A DNA stretch of 64,000 nt from assembly GCA_938041335.1 (NCBI GenBank), contig CALIAF010000005.1, positions 25 through 64,024 of the forward strand. Reading direction: 5' to 3'. This DNA is from an uncultured Ulvibacter sp. Lineage in GTDB: Bacteria > Bacteroidota > Bacteroidia > Flavobacteriales > Flavobacteriaceae. The notes below the pieces were generated by a model. It saw nothing but the letters and a program-made list of their open reading frames with translations, did no database searches and was not told the DNA's origin. A program made the position numbers and the translations under genes. Shown here piece after piece: positions 25,922-35,292 of the stretch. Each line of letters starts with the position of its first letter. The stretch's first letter is position 1.

Positions 25922-28450
25922 TTATTGAATTAAAAGCCCCTTTATAACCGCTTCCTTTCCTTCAGAAATTTTAACAAAATAAAATCCGCTCGCAACATCA
26001 TCAATTGCAATTTCTAAGGTGTCAGCAGCTTCTAGCACACCTTTATACAGGATCTTAATCTCTCGTCCTTGTGTATCTATTAATGAAACTTTTCCTTCAG
26101 CATTAAAATTATGCTTAATGTGTATTTGCGTACTTGCAGGATTAGGATAGAGTAAAATGTCAGGTGTTAAGAATGAAGCATCGTTTGCAGTACCAAGTGT
26201 AATTAATGTACTTACATCATAACTAAACATAGACCTACCATATGTACCTGCATATAAAGTCGCTGTGGGTTCATGTAGCTTTAAATCTGCAGTAATTGTT
26301 ATTGGTAAATTTGCCCCTAATATTTCCCAAGAAAGCCCATCATCGATTGAATTCCATACGTTAAGATCTGTGGCTAAAAAAAGTACTTCTTCAGCGCTAT
26401 TTATTATAATATCATTAGCTGGTACACTAGGCAGGTTTCCCGAAATATCACTCCAATTTTGTCCACCATTCTCTGTTTTAAAAACATGCGGCGTATAATC
26501 AAGGGTTTGAAAACCTGATAAGGTAACGTAAGCTACTAAATCATCTGTTGGCGAAATAGCGATAGAAGTTATATACCTGTCGGGTAAATTATTTGTGACA
26601 TTACTCCAAGTAGCACCGCCATCTAAAGTAACATTTACATTCCCATCATCACTACCGGTATATATCACCTCTAGATTATTATAAGAAGGTGCAATAGCTG
26701 TAAGCGTTCCATAAGACAAGGCACCACTAGGATGCTGACCATCTGTTAAATCTGGGCTAATAGGCGTCCAAGTTTCTGCAAAATCTGAGATGTATAAACG
26801 GTTGGTTCCAAAAAATACTTTGCTATGATCAAATGGAGAAATGATTTTTGGCGAATTCCAATTATTTCTATCGTTTGAATCAATCCCATCAGTTGCCAAG
26901 TCAAAAGTTGCTCCCCCATCAATAGAGCGCCCTATTCTTCCAAATTGTGACTCAACATAAATAAAGTTATTGTCTATTGGATCAACGCTCACATGAAAAC
27001 CATCGCCTCCCCAAATGGAATTCCAATCTAATATACCAGCATCTATAGTTCTAATCGTGTTATTATCTTGCGTACCACCGTATAATCTTTCCGGTTGTTG
27101 AAAATCAACTTCTATATTATAAAATTGGGTTATTGGTAAGTTTGTGAATTTATTCCATGTTTCTCCAGCATCATTTGAGGCGTAAACGCCACCATCATTA
27201 CCAGCCAAAATAAAATTTGGATCATTAGTAGAAAACTCCATAGCGTGATGATCCACGTGCATTCCGTTTACTTCTTCCCAAGCTGCACCACCATCTCCGC
27301 TTTTATATAAGCGTTGTCCTAAAACATAGATCTCATTATCAGTATTAGGATTCACTCTTATATTCCCAAAATACCATCCAAAACTCGAATCTATATCTTG
27401 CAATTCTTCTAGAACAACTAAGTTCCAGTTTTCACCATTATCAATAGATTTATAAATGCCATTAAATTGGTTTGTAATTTCATTAGTAGTAAATCGAGCA
27501 TATACAGTAGCGGGAGTTGATGCAGATACGGCTAGGCCAATTCTACCAGTCTGTTCATCCGGTTCTGGAAGACCCTGAGAAGCCCCCAATGCTGTCCATG
27601 TATCTCCTCCGTCTATAGATCTATGTACAACAGATGTTATACCGCCATAATCACGTTGCCAAGGTTCACGTGTGCGCTCCCACATAGCAGCATGAAGAAT
27701 GTTGGGATTGGTTGGGTTCATTACTATATCTATAGCCGCGGTTCCTTCACCTATAAATAATACGTGTTCCCAATTTGTGCCACCATCTGTGGTTCTATAA
27801 ATTCCACGCGCTTCATTTGTACCATATAAAATTCCAGTTGCTGCAGCAAACACTCGATTTTCATTGGTAGGATCGACAACAATACGGCCTATGTGACCAC
27901 TTTCAGGTAATCCAACATGTATCCATGAATCACCACCATTAGCTGATCGATACACTCCATCTCCAAAAAAAGTACCAGAATAAGCGTCTCCATTCGCTTC
28001 GCCTGTCCCTGCGTATATAACTTGCGAATTTGAAGGTGCAATTGCAATATTCCCAATGGAAGGACGTCCTATATCATCAAATATAGCAGTCCAGTTTAAA
28101 CCATGATCTGTTGTTTTAAAAATACCTCCTACACTTGTTCCAATAAAGAACGTTGCATCGTCTGATGGATCTATTGCAAGATCTGTAATACGACCTCCTG
28201 TATTAAAAGGACCTACCTGTGACCATGAGCCGCCTTGTTCTTGTGACCGTAATGCCTTTGATGAGCGGACTTTCACTATCCCTTTACGTATGGCGTTTTG
28301 ATTTATTATATTATCTGGATAAGCACGCTGACTGTACATATATTCGGATGGCGCCTCATTTTTTCCTGAAACTTCTGTTATTTTTTGTTTGTCAATGCAA
28401 GAATGAAACAACAAACAAAAACATCCTAAAAAAGCTATATAATTTCTCAT
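25922..28450 (-). CDS. VPS10/BNR (Asp-box) beta-propeller protein with T9SS C-terminal domain
   Basis: Repeated S/T-x-D-x-G-x-x-W boxes; tail LYPNPAST...DTQGREI...SGFYFVKI. Confidence 0.88.
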   Translation of the reverse strand: MRNYIAFLGCFCLLFHSCIDKQKITEVSGKNEAPSEYMYSQRAYPDNIINQNAIRKGIVKVRSSKALRSQEQGGSWSQVGPFNTGGRITDLAIDPSDDATFFIGTSVGGIFKTTDHGLNWTAIFDDIGRPSIGNIAIAPSNSQVIYAGTGEANGDAYSGTFFGDGVYRSANGGDSWIHVGLPESGHIGRIVVDPTNENRVFAAATGILYGTNEARGIYRTTDGGTNWEHVLFIGEGTAAIDIVMNPTNPNILHAAMWERTREPWQRDYGGITSVVHRSIDGGDTWTALGASQGLPEPDEQTGRIGLAVSASTPATVYARFTTNEITNQFNGIYKSIDNGENWNLVVLEELQDIDSSFGWYFGNIRVNPNTDNEIYVLGQRLYKSGDGGAAWEEVNGMHVDHHAMEFSTNDPNFILAGNDGGVYASNDAGETWNKFTNLPITQFYNIEVDFQQPERLYGGTQDNNTIRTIDAGILDWNSIWGGDGFHVSVDPIDNNFIYVESQFGRIGRSIDGGATFDLATDGIDSNDRNNWNSPKIISPFDHSKVFFGTNRLYISDFAETWTPISPDLTDGQHPSGALSYGTLTAIAPSYNNLEVIYTGSDDGNVNVTLDGGATWSNVTNNLPDRYITSIAISPTDDLVAYVTLSGFQTLDYTPHVFKTENGGQNWSDISGNLPSVPANDIIINSAEEVLFLATDLNVWNSIDDGLSWEILGANLPITITADLKLHEPTATLYAGTYGRSMFSYDVSTLITLGTANDASFLTPDILLYPNPASTQIHIKHNFNAEGKVSLIDTQGREIKILYKGVLEAADTLEIAIDDVASGFYFVKISEGKEAVIKGLLIQ

Positions 28451-28485
28451 ACCTCGAAATTTAAATATTTAAATTAACGTATTTA

Positions 28486-29949
28486 CTAGAGCCCACTAAT
28501 ATAACCTCCATACACATCTTTAAAACGCATACCATCTGTAAGGTTATATTTACTCAACTTTTTCATCTCCACTAAAGCCCACAAAATAAACTCTTTGAAG
28601 AAAGGGATATCATTGTATGGCACTTCTTGTGCATACTTATGGATTAAATCATCTAAGGGTTCTATTCTGTCTAACTGCAATTGATACTCGTTATCATCTA
28701 GGGTATCTAAAAGCTCAAAACTACTTTGCTCAAAAAACCAAGCTACTATTTCTTGATATGGATCGTGATCGTCTGCTTTTTGTAATTTTTCAATCTTAGG
28801 AAAATAATTTAAAAACTCCGTTTTAATAGCATCAGCCACCAATTGCTTTGCCACCTCATTTGCGCCTTCTTGCTCTCCTTCATATACCAACTCTACTTTA
28901 CCGGTTATGGCAGGTATTACCCCTAAAAAATCACTTACTCGCACACTGGTTTCTATATTACCATTAAGTAAACCTCTGCGTTCTGCCGTACTCAAAAGAT
29001 TTTGGAAAGCTGTGATACTTAAACGAGCACTTACACCGCTCTTAGCATCTACAAATTCGCTGTTTCTTGCCTCAAAACTAATTTGTTCTAAGATGTTTTT
29101 TGCCAGCTCTGGCACATACACATTGGATTTTTCTTTTGCGGCAGCAGCTGTTTCTTGTTGTGTTATTGTTCTAGCAATCTCTAAAGTTTCTGGATAATGC
29201 GTTAATATTTGAGACCCTATTCTATCTTTTAGTGGTGTTACAATGCTTCCTCTGTTCGTATAGTCCTCAGGATTGGCAGTAAACACAAACTGTATATCTA
29301 AAGGCAATCTCAATGCAAACCCTCTAATTTGAACATCTCCTTCTTGCAAAATATTAAATAGGGCTACTTGTATTCTTGCTTGTAAATCTGGAAGTTCATT
29401 AATCACAAAAATACATCGATGAGCTCGAGGGATCATCCCAAAATGAATCACGCGATCATCTGCATAACTCAATTTTAAATTCGCGGCTTTAATAGGATCA
29501 ACATCCCCTATTAAATCTGCAACCGTTACATCTGGTGTTGCTAGTTTCTCAGCAAAACGATAGTCTCGATGCAACCAACTTATTGGTGTATCATCTCCCT
29601 TTTCTTCAAGCAGGTTTTGAGCATATCTTGAGATAGGTTTTAAGGGGTCATCATTGATTTCGCTACCCGCTACAACTGGAATATACTCATCCAATAATGT
29701 AATCATTTGTCGTGCAAGCCTTGTCTTTGCTTGCCCTCTCAAGCCTAGAAGATTGATATTATGTTTAGACAAAATAGCGCGCTCTAGTTCAGGTATCACG
29801 GTATGTTCATACCCGTGAATCCCTTCAAAGACCGTTTCTTTTTTCATCATCTTTTGCAACAAATTACGTCGCAATTCTTCTTTTACTGTCTTGTATTCGT
29901 AACCGGCTTTTTTAAGTGCGCCGAATGTTTTTATGTTTTTTATATCCAT
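28486..29949 (-). CDS. AAA+ ATPase (Mg-chelatase-like / sigma54-interaction-like), partner of the VWA protein
   Basis: GLRGQAKT variant Walker A, INELPDL, FTANPEDYTNRG, DRIGSQI. Confidence 0.85.
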   Translation of the reverse strand: MDIKNIKTFGALKKAGYEYKTVKEELRRNLLQKMMKKETVFEGIHGYEHTVIPELERAILSKHNINLLGLRGQAKTRLARQMITLLDEYIPVVAGSEINDDPLKPISRYAQNLLEEKGDDTPISWLHRDYRFAEKLATPDVTVADLIGDVDPIKAANLKLSYADDRVIHFGMIPRAHRCIFVINELPDLQARIQVALFNILQEGDVQIRGFALRLPLDIQFVFTANPEDYTNRGSIVTPLKDRIGSQILTHYPETLEIARTITQQETAAAAKEKSNVYVPELAKNILEQISFEARNSEFVDAKSGVSARLSITAFQNLLSTAERRGLLNGNIETSVRVSDFLGVIPAITGKVELVYEGEQEGANEVAKQLVADAIKTEFLNYFPKIEKLQKADDHDPYQEIVAWFFEQSSFELLDTLDDNEYQLQLDRIEPLDDLIHKYAQEVPYNDIPFFKEFILWALVEMKKLSKYNLTDGMRFKDVYGGYISGL

Positions 29950-29963
29950 AGTTTTATTTTTTT

Positions 29964-30106
29964 AGAAGCAAGAGGAAAGACGGTTCCTGCGGAACTGAAA
30001 GAGGAAAGATTAAATGTAAAAAATCTTCTAATTCTTCTTATCTAATTCTTCATCAATTCTTTCTTCTTTCAATAAGCCAAGGGAAAGGTCTTTACTTCTT
30101 ACTTCT
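29964..30106 (-). repeat. GAAAGA-family self-complementary element, copy 1
   Basis: Purine arm 29964-30009 with hairpin GTTCC-TGC-GGAAC; pyrimidine arm 30057-30106. Confidence 0.85.
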
Positions 30107-30109
30107 CAT

Positions 30110-30466
30110 TTATTGTAATGTTTTCTGAAATCCGGCCGTCATTCTTTGCCATTCTTCTATTTGACATTCTAACTCTTGTAATTCTTTAATGGTAATATAA
30201 TTTTTATGTTGTGCAATTAATAATTGCATGTTTAATTCATAAGATGACCCCATAGCAATATCTATAAAATGAATAAAAGATTTTTCACTTCTAGCAGAGC
30301 CTTCTGCTATATTACTGGGTATAGAAACGGAACACCTACTAATTTGGGATGTAAGACTATATTGCTCTTTACTAGGGAAATTTTCTATTTTATCTGAAAC
30401 GACAAAAGCAATATTTAAAGCTTTTTGCCAAATTTTTAAATTTCTGAAATTGTGTTTTTTATTCAT
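30110..30466 (-). CDS. Four-helix-bundle protein (23S rRNA IVS / bAvd-like family), second copy
   Basis: HNFRNLKIWQKA...FPSKEQYSLTSQISRCSVSIPSNIAEG...AMGSSYEL. Confidence 0.92.
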   Translation of the reverse strand: MNKKHNFRNLKIWQKALNIAFVVSDKIENFPSKEQYSLTSQISRCSVSIPSNIAEGSARSEKSFIHFIDIAMGSSYELNMQLLIAQHKNYITIKELQELECQIEEWQRMTAGFQKTLQ

Positions 30467-30479
30467 AATTACTGTTTTT

Positions 30480-30639
30480 AGAAGAAAGAAGAAAGACCGT
30501 CCGCCCAGGCGGACTGAAAGAGGAAAGACTTAACTACTCCCAACTTATTGCTTATTCTAAAATCAATCTTTAATCAATATTATCCATTCTGTCTTTCTTC
30601 TTTCAATGAGCGAAGCGAATGGTCTTTCCTCTTACTTCT
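30480..30639 (-). repeat. GAAAGA-family self-complementary element, copy 2
   Basis: Arms 30480-30529 and 30591-30639; hairpin GTCCGCC-CA-GGCGGAC; insert GAGCGAAGCGAATG. Confidence 0.9.
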
Positions 30640-30646
30640 CCATTTT

Positions 30647-31813
30647 TCACCTCAATTTCCGTTTCCTATTATTCTCATAATCGGTAAATATCATCTCTCC
30701 TAATCCTTGCAAGCCTGTATAAAAGGCTTTCCCTTGATTTGCTTCTGTAAACGCATCTACAAACTGCTGTAAGTAGGGGTCACTGGCAATCATAAAGGTT
30801 GTAATTGGAATATGTAACTTTCTAGCCTGAGCTGCCATCATATAACACTTGTTTACAATGTGCTCATCTAAGCCATTACTGTTTTTATAATATCGCCCAT
30901 CTGGCAAACGCAAGCAACTTGGCTTTCCATCTGTGATCATAAAAATCTGTTTGTTGGTATTTCGCTTTCTGCGAAGCATATCCATTGCCAGTTGCAACCC
31001 TGCTACTGTATTTGTGTGATACGGTCCTACATTAAGATACGGCAAATCTTTAATTTTAATAGGCCAGGCATCATTCCCGAAAACTAAAATATCTAGTGTA
31101 TCTTTTGGGTATCGTGTTGTGATTAACTCTGCTAGTGCCATTGCCACTTTCTTGGCTGGTGTGATTCTATCTTCTCCGTAAAGTATCATGGAGTGACTAA
31201 TATCAATCATCAACACCGTGCTCATTTGCGATTTATGCATCGACTCTTCAACCACCAGATCATTTTCTGTTAACTTAAAATCCCCTATTCCATTATTGAT
31301 TTGGGCATTTTTTATACTCTCAGTCATCGAGATTTGATCTAGGGCATCGCCAAATTGATACTTTCTAAAATCACCAGATTGCTCGTCACCACTACCCATA
31401 TATTTTGTTTTGTGATTGCCTTGACCGCTTCTTTTGATCTTTCCAAATATTTGCTCTAAGGCACGTTTCCGGAGGGCTCGCTCTAGTTTTTCTGTGATAG
31501 AAATCCCGCCTTTCCCATCTCCTTTATTCCCACCTTTTCCATCTGGCTTAAACTCCTCTCTTATGTAACCACGGTCTTTTAATTCTTGAATAAAATCGTC
31601 AATGGTATAGTCTTCTGTGGTTATTTCATATTCTTGATCTAACTGTCTCAACCAATCTATGGCTTCATCAAAGTCACCAGAGGTGTGCGTGATTAACTCT
31701 TGAAAAACTTCAAAAAGACGATCAAAAATGGATTTCTCCTTTGGGGTATGTTTGGTAAAAATAAAACCCGATTTAAAGTCTGGGTTAAGGCTATTATTTT
31801 TGTCTTTCGTCAT
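30647..31813 (-). CDS. VWA-domain protein
   Basis: MIDAS-like DISHSM, HTNTVAGL, FMITDGKPS. Confidence 0.88.
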   Translation of the reverse strand: MTKDKNNSLNPDFKSGFIFTKHTPKEKSIFDRLFEVFQELITHTSGDFDEAIDWLRQLDQEYEITTEDYTIDDFIQELKDRGYIREEFKPDGKGGNKGDGKGGISITEKLERALRKRALEQIFGKIKRSGQGNHKTKYMGSGDEQSGDFRKYQFGDALDQISMTESIKNAQINNGIGDFKLTENDLVVEESMHKSQMSTVLMIDISHSMILYGEDRITPAKKVAMALAELITTRYPKDTLDILVFGNDAWPIKIKDLPYLNVGPYHTNTVAGLQLAMDMLRRKRNTNKQIFMITDGKPSCLRLPDGRYYKNSNGLDEHIVNKCYMMAAQARKLHIPITTFMIASDPYLQQFVDAFTEANQGKAFYTGLQGLGEMIFTDYENNRKRKLR

Positions 31814-31935
31814 TTGATAAAATTACTACAATTTAAAGTTTAACATCCCTAAGATATTGTTAAACAAATATGGGTTTATTAATTCTCTTCGGAAATAGTA
31901 AAACCATTCTAAATAAGTCTACAAATTTTTAAAAA

Positions 31936-31984
31936 TTCTTTCTTCTTTCAACAACCGAAGCGAATGGTCTTTCTTCTTTCTTCT
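31936..31984 (-). repeat. GAAAGA-family half element (opening arm only)
   Basis: TTCTTTCTTCTTTCAACAACCGAAGCGAATGGTCTTTCTTCTTTCTTCT, near-identical to 30591-30639. Confidence 0.85.
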
Positions 31985-32070
31985 ATTTTGTAGCAGCTTC
32001 TCCAAATTTTATGATACGTACTGCCGAAGTTTTTTTATCTTTAAGCTTTAATCAACCAAGCCAATTTCCG

Positions 32071-35000
32071 ATGAAAAATATATTGCTCTTGCTATGCCTT
32101 AGCCTATTTACAACCACTCAATCTCAAGAATTAACCAATTCAATACTTAATGAAATGACGCCCAGAAACATAGGCCCAGGGGGTATGTCTGGTCGTGTAA
32201 CTTCTATTGATGTGGTTACTGATAATCCAGACATTATGTATGTGGGTACTGCTTCTGGTGGATTATGGAAATCTACGAGCGGTGGGATTAAATGGGACCC
32301 AATTTTTGATAACGAATTGACAGCATCTATAGGTGCCGTCGCCATCACACAATCTAATCCATCTGTGATTTGGGTGGGAACTGGAGAAGGAAACCCGCGT
32401 AACAGTCTCAATGGTGGTTATGGTGTTTATAAATCGCTTGATGGTGGTAAAAACTGGATGGCCATGGGACTTGAAAAAACGAGACACATTCATAAAATAC
32501 TCATTGATCCTACTGATCCAGACACCGTCTATATAGGCGCAATTGGTTCTCCTTGGGGTGATCACGAAGAACGAGGGCTTTATAAAACAACAGATGGCGG
32601 AAAGTCCTGGAACAAGATTCTGTACCAAAACAAAACAACAGGAGTAGCAGATATGGTAATGGACCCTACCAACCCTAATAAACTGCTTGTGGCGATGTGG
32701 GATCATAAACGGGACCCTTGGTTTTTTAGAAGTGGTGGCGAAGGCTCTGGACTATTTATTACTCACGATGGCGGTGATACTTGGGAAGAACGAACAGAAA
32801 AAGAAGGATTACCTAAAGGTGATTTGGGGCGAATCGGGCTTTCTATTGCACCTAACAAGCCAAATATCATTTATGCTTTAGTAGAAGCCAAAAAGAATGC
32901 TTTATATAAATCTGAAGATGGTGGCTTTAACTGGAAAAAAATCAATGACAAGAGTGATATTGGTAACCGACCTTTTTATTACAGTGACATTTTTGTAGAT
33001 CCAGAAAACGAGAATCGAGTGTTTTCTGTATTTACATATGTAAATGTTTCTGAAGATGGAGGGAAAAACTTTAAGCAGTTAATGGGCGCATATGGTGTAG
33101 ATAACGGTGTACACCCCGATCATCACGCTTGGTGGATTCACCCAACAGATGGGAGTTTTATGATCGACGGTAACGACGGCGGACTCAATATTACGTACGA
33201 TGGAGGAAAAACATGGCGCTTTATTGGCAACCTACCCGTGGCTCAATTTTACCATATTAATGTAGACAATGAATATCCGTACAATGTGTATGGCGGAATG
33301 CAAGATAACGGCAGCTGGAGAGGTCCCGCTTATGTTTGGAAAGCGCAAGGAATACGGAATAGCTACTGGCAGGAAATAAGTTTTGGTGATGGTTTTGATG
33401 TGGTTCCAGATCAAGATGACAGCCGGTATGGTTGGAGTATGAGTCAGCAGGGCTCTGTGAGCCGCTATGACTGGCAAACGGGTAATAACTATACCATAAA
33501 ACCCACGCATCCAGATGCAGATGTGAAGCTTAGATTTAACTGGAATAGCGCGATTAACATTGATCCATTTGATACGAGTACGATTTATTTTGGTAGTCAG
33601 TTTGTTCACAAATCTGTAGATAAAGGGTTGACCTGGACGGTCATCTCGCCAGACTTGAGTACTAATGATCCAGAAAAACAAAAGCAAAGCGAAAGCGGTG
33701 GCCTTACTATGGATGCCACAGGAGCAGAGAATCACACCACAATTTTAGTGATTGAGCCTTCGCCCGTGGAGAAAGATGTTCTTTATGCCGGAACAGATGA
33801 TGGTCGTGTACACGTTACTCAAAATGGTGGAGCCTCTTGGGAAGAAATCTCTAGACTCCCTAGTTTACCTCCTGGAAGTTGGATCACGCAGATTAAAGCT
33901 AGTCAAACAAAAAAAGGAGCAGCGCTATTGGTAGCAAATGACTATAGGCGATATAACTACAGTCCTTATGCCTATAGAACAGATGACTACGGTAGATCTT
34001 GGCGACGCATTGTAAATGAAAAAGATACCGAGAGTTACACCTTGTGTATTGTAGAAGATCCGGTAGAAAACAACTTGATGTTCTTGGGTACAGACGATGG
34101 TTTATATTACTCTATCAACGCCGGATTTACTTGGGATAAATACACCAATGGATTCCCTACGGTACCGGTAAAGGATTTAGTGATTCATCCAAGAGAACAC
34201 GATTTAGTCATTGGTACTTTTGGTAGAGCGGCTTGGGTATTAGATGACATCAGACCCTTACGCGCCATTGCAAAAAACAAATCAGTACTCAATGAAAGCT
34301 TAAAAGTGTTTGATCCTCCCACCGCTTACCAAGCCGCTTATCAACAACCTACGGGGAGCCGTTTTGGGGGAGATGCTTTATACAATGGTGAGAACAGGTC
34401 TGGAGGTGCGCAAATTAGTTATCTGTATAATGCACCTGCGAGTGCTTCGGAAATGCCAAAAACCGAAGACACAGAAGAGGATGAAAAAGAAGATAAGACA
34501 ATTAAAACGAAGGGACCTTCAAAAGATTCTATTTACATGAAAATTTATGATGGTGATCGATTAATTAGAAGTTTAAAACGAAAAGTCCCTGACAGTTCTG
34601 GTATTTACAAATGGACTTGGAGAATGAGAGAAGCTGGCGTTGACAGACCTTCTCGTACTATCAGAAAACGAAGCCGCGAACCAGGAGGCACATCAGTAAA
34701 GCCAGGAAACTATCGTGTAGAAATGGAAAATAATGGAACTACGACTGCTACAATGATTACTGTAGAAAGCGATCCTAGAATTGACGTTCCACAAAAAGCG
34801 ATTAATGAAAGTTATAACGCATCTAAACAAATAGAGCAAATGACACAAACTGCCGCAGATGCCGTAAAGCAATTAGTAGAAAGTAAAACGGCTTCGGAAA
34901 CGTTCAGCAAAAAATTAAAAGAGAACGATAAAGAGAAATATAAAGACGAACTAAAAGAAGTCAAAGACATCAACAAGAAAATTGACAAATTAATTGCTCT

Positions 35001-35277
35001 TTATATTGGCACAGTAGATAAGCGACAAGGGATAACAAGAAATCCGGAAGTTACAGTAATGAATCGCATAGGAAGTGCCAGTTGGTATTCTGGGACTCGA
35101 CCAAACGGACTCACACAAACGGAGCGTACTTTAATTGAGCACGCAACAAAGGAGCTGAATGATGCGCTCACTAAAACAAATGAATTTTTTAATACAGACT
35201 GGCAAGCATATACGGCAAAAATGAAGGCCATATCAGTGCCTACTTTTAAAGAAACAAAGACTTTTAAACTCAAATAA
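32071..35277 (+). CDS. VPS10/BNR-repeat secreted protein (start moved from 32011 to the ATG at 32071)
   Basis: RNIGPGGMSGRV, many T/S-x-D-G-G-x-x-W boxes, C-terminal coiled coil. Confidence 0.88.
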   Translation: MKNILLLLCLSLFTTTQSQELTNSILNEMTPRNIGPGGMSGRVTSIDVVTDNPDIMYVGTASGGLWKSTSGGIKWDPIFDNELTASIGAVAITQSNPSVIWVGTGEGNPRNSLNGGYGVYKSLDGGKNWMAMGLEKTRHIHKILIDPTDPDTVYIGAIGSPWGDHEERGLYKTTDGGKSWNKILYQNKTTGVADMVMDPTNPNKLLVAMWDHKRDPWFFRSGGEGSGLFITHDGGDTWEERTEKEGLPKGDLGRIGLSIAPNKPNIIYALVEAKKNALYKSEDGGFNWKKINDKSDIGNRPFYYSDIFVDPENENRVFSVFTYVNVSEDGGKNFKQLMGAYGVDNGVHPDHHAWWIHPTDGSFMIDGNDGGLNITYDGGKTWRFIGNLPVAQFYHINVDNEYPYNVYGGMQDNGSWRGPAYVWKAQGIRNSYWQEISFGDGFDVVPDQDDSRYGWSMSQQGSVSRYDWQTGNNYTIKPTHPDADVKLRFNWNSAINIDPFDTSTIYFGSQFVHKSVDKGLTWTVISPDLSTNDPEKQKQSESGGLTMDATGAENHTTILVIEPSPVEKDVLYAGTDDGRVHVTQNGGASWEEISRLPSLPPGSWITQIKASQTKKGAALLVANDYRRYNYSPYAYRTDDYGRSWRRIVNEKDTESYTLCIVEDPVENNLMFLGTDDGLYYSINAGFTWDKYTNGFPTVPVKDLVIHPREHDLVIGTFGRAAWVLDDIRPLRAIAKNKSVLNESLKVFDPPTAYQAAYQQPTGSRFGGDALYNGENRSGGAQISYLYNAPASASEMPKTEDTEEDEKEDKTIKTKGPSKDSIYMKIYDGDRLIRSLKRKVPDSSGIYKWTWRMREAGVDRPSRTIRKRSREPGGTSVKPGNYRVEMENNGTTTATMITVESDPRIDVPQKAINESYNASKQIEQMTQTAADAVKQLVESKTASETFSKKLKENDKEKYKDELKEVKDINKKIDKLIALYIGTVDKRQGITRNPEVTVMNRIGSASWYSGTRPNGLTQTERTLIEHATKELNDALTKTNEFFNTDWQAYTAKMKAISVPTFKETKTFKLK

Positions 35278-35292
35278 CCAAATATATTAATT

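Noticed and set aside
30530-30590. Spacer of element copy 2 as another four-helix-bundle remnant
   Set aside because: Only weak fragments (EW.., ISNKLG) in different frames with several stops; not distinguishable from chance
31838-31865. Inverted repeat GTTTAACA-N12-TGTTAAAC upstream of the VWA gene
   Set aside because: Could be an operator, but it is a single AT-rich occurrence with no candidate regulator nearby
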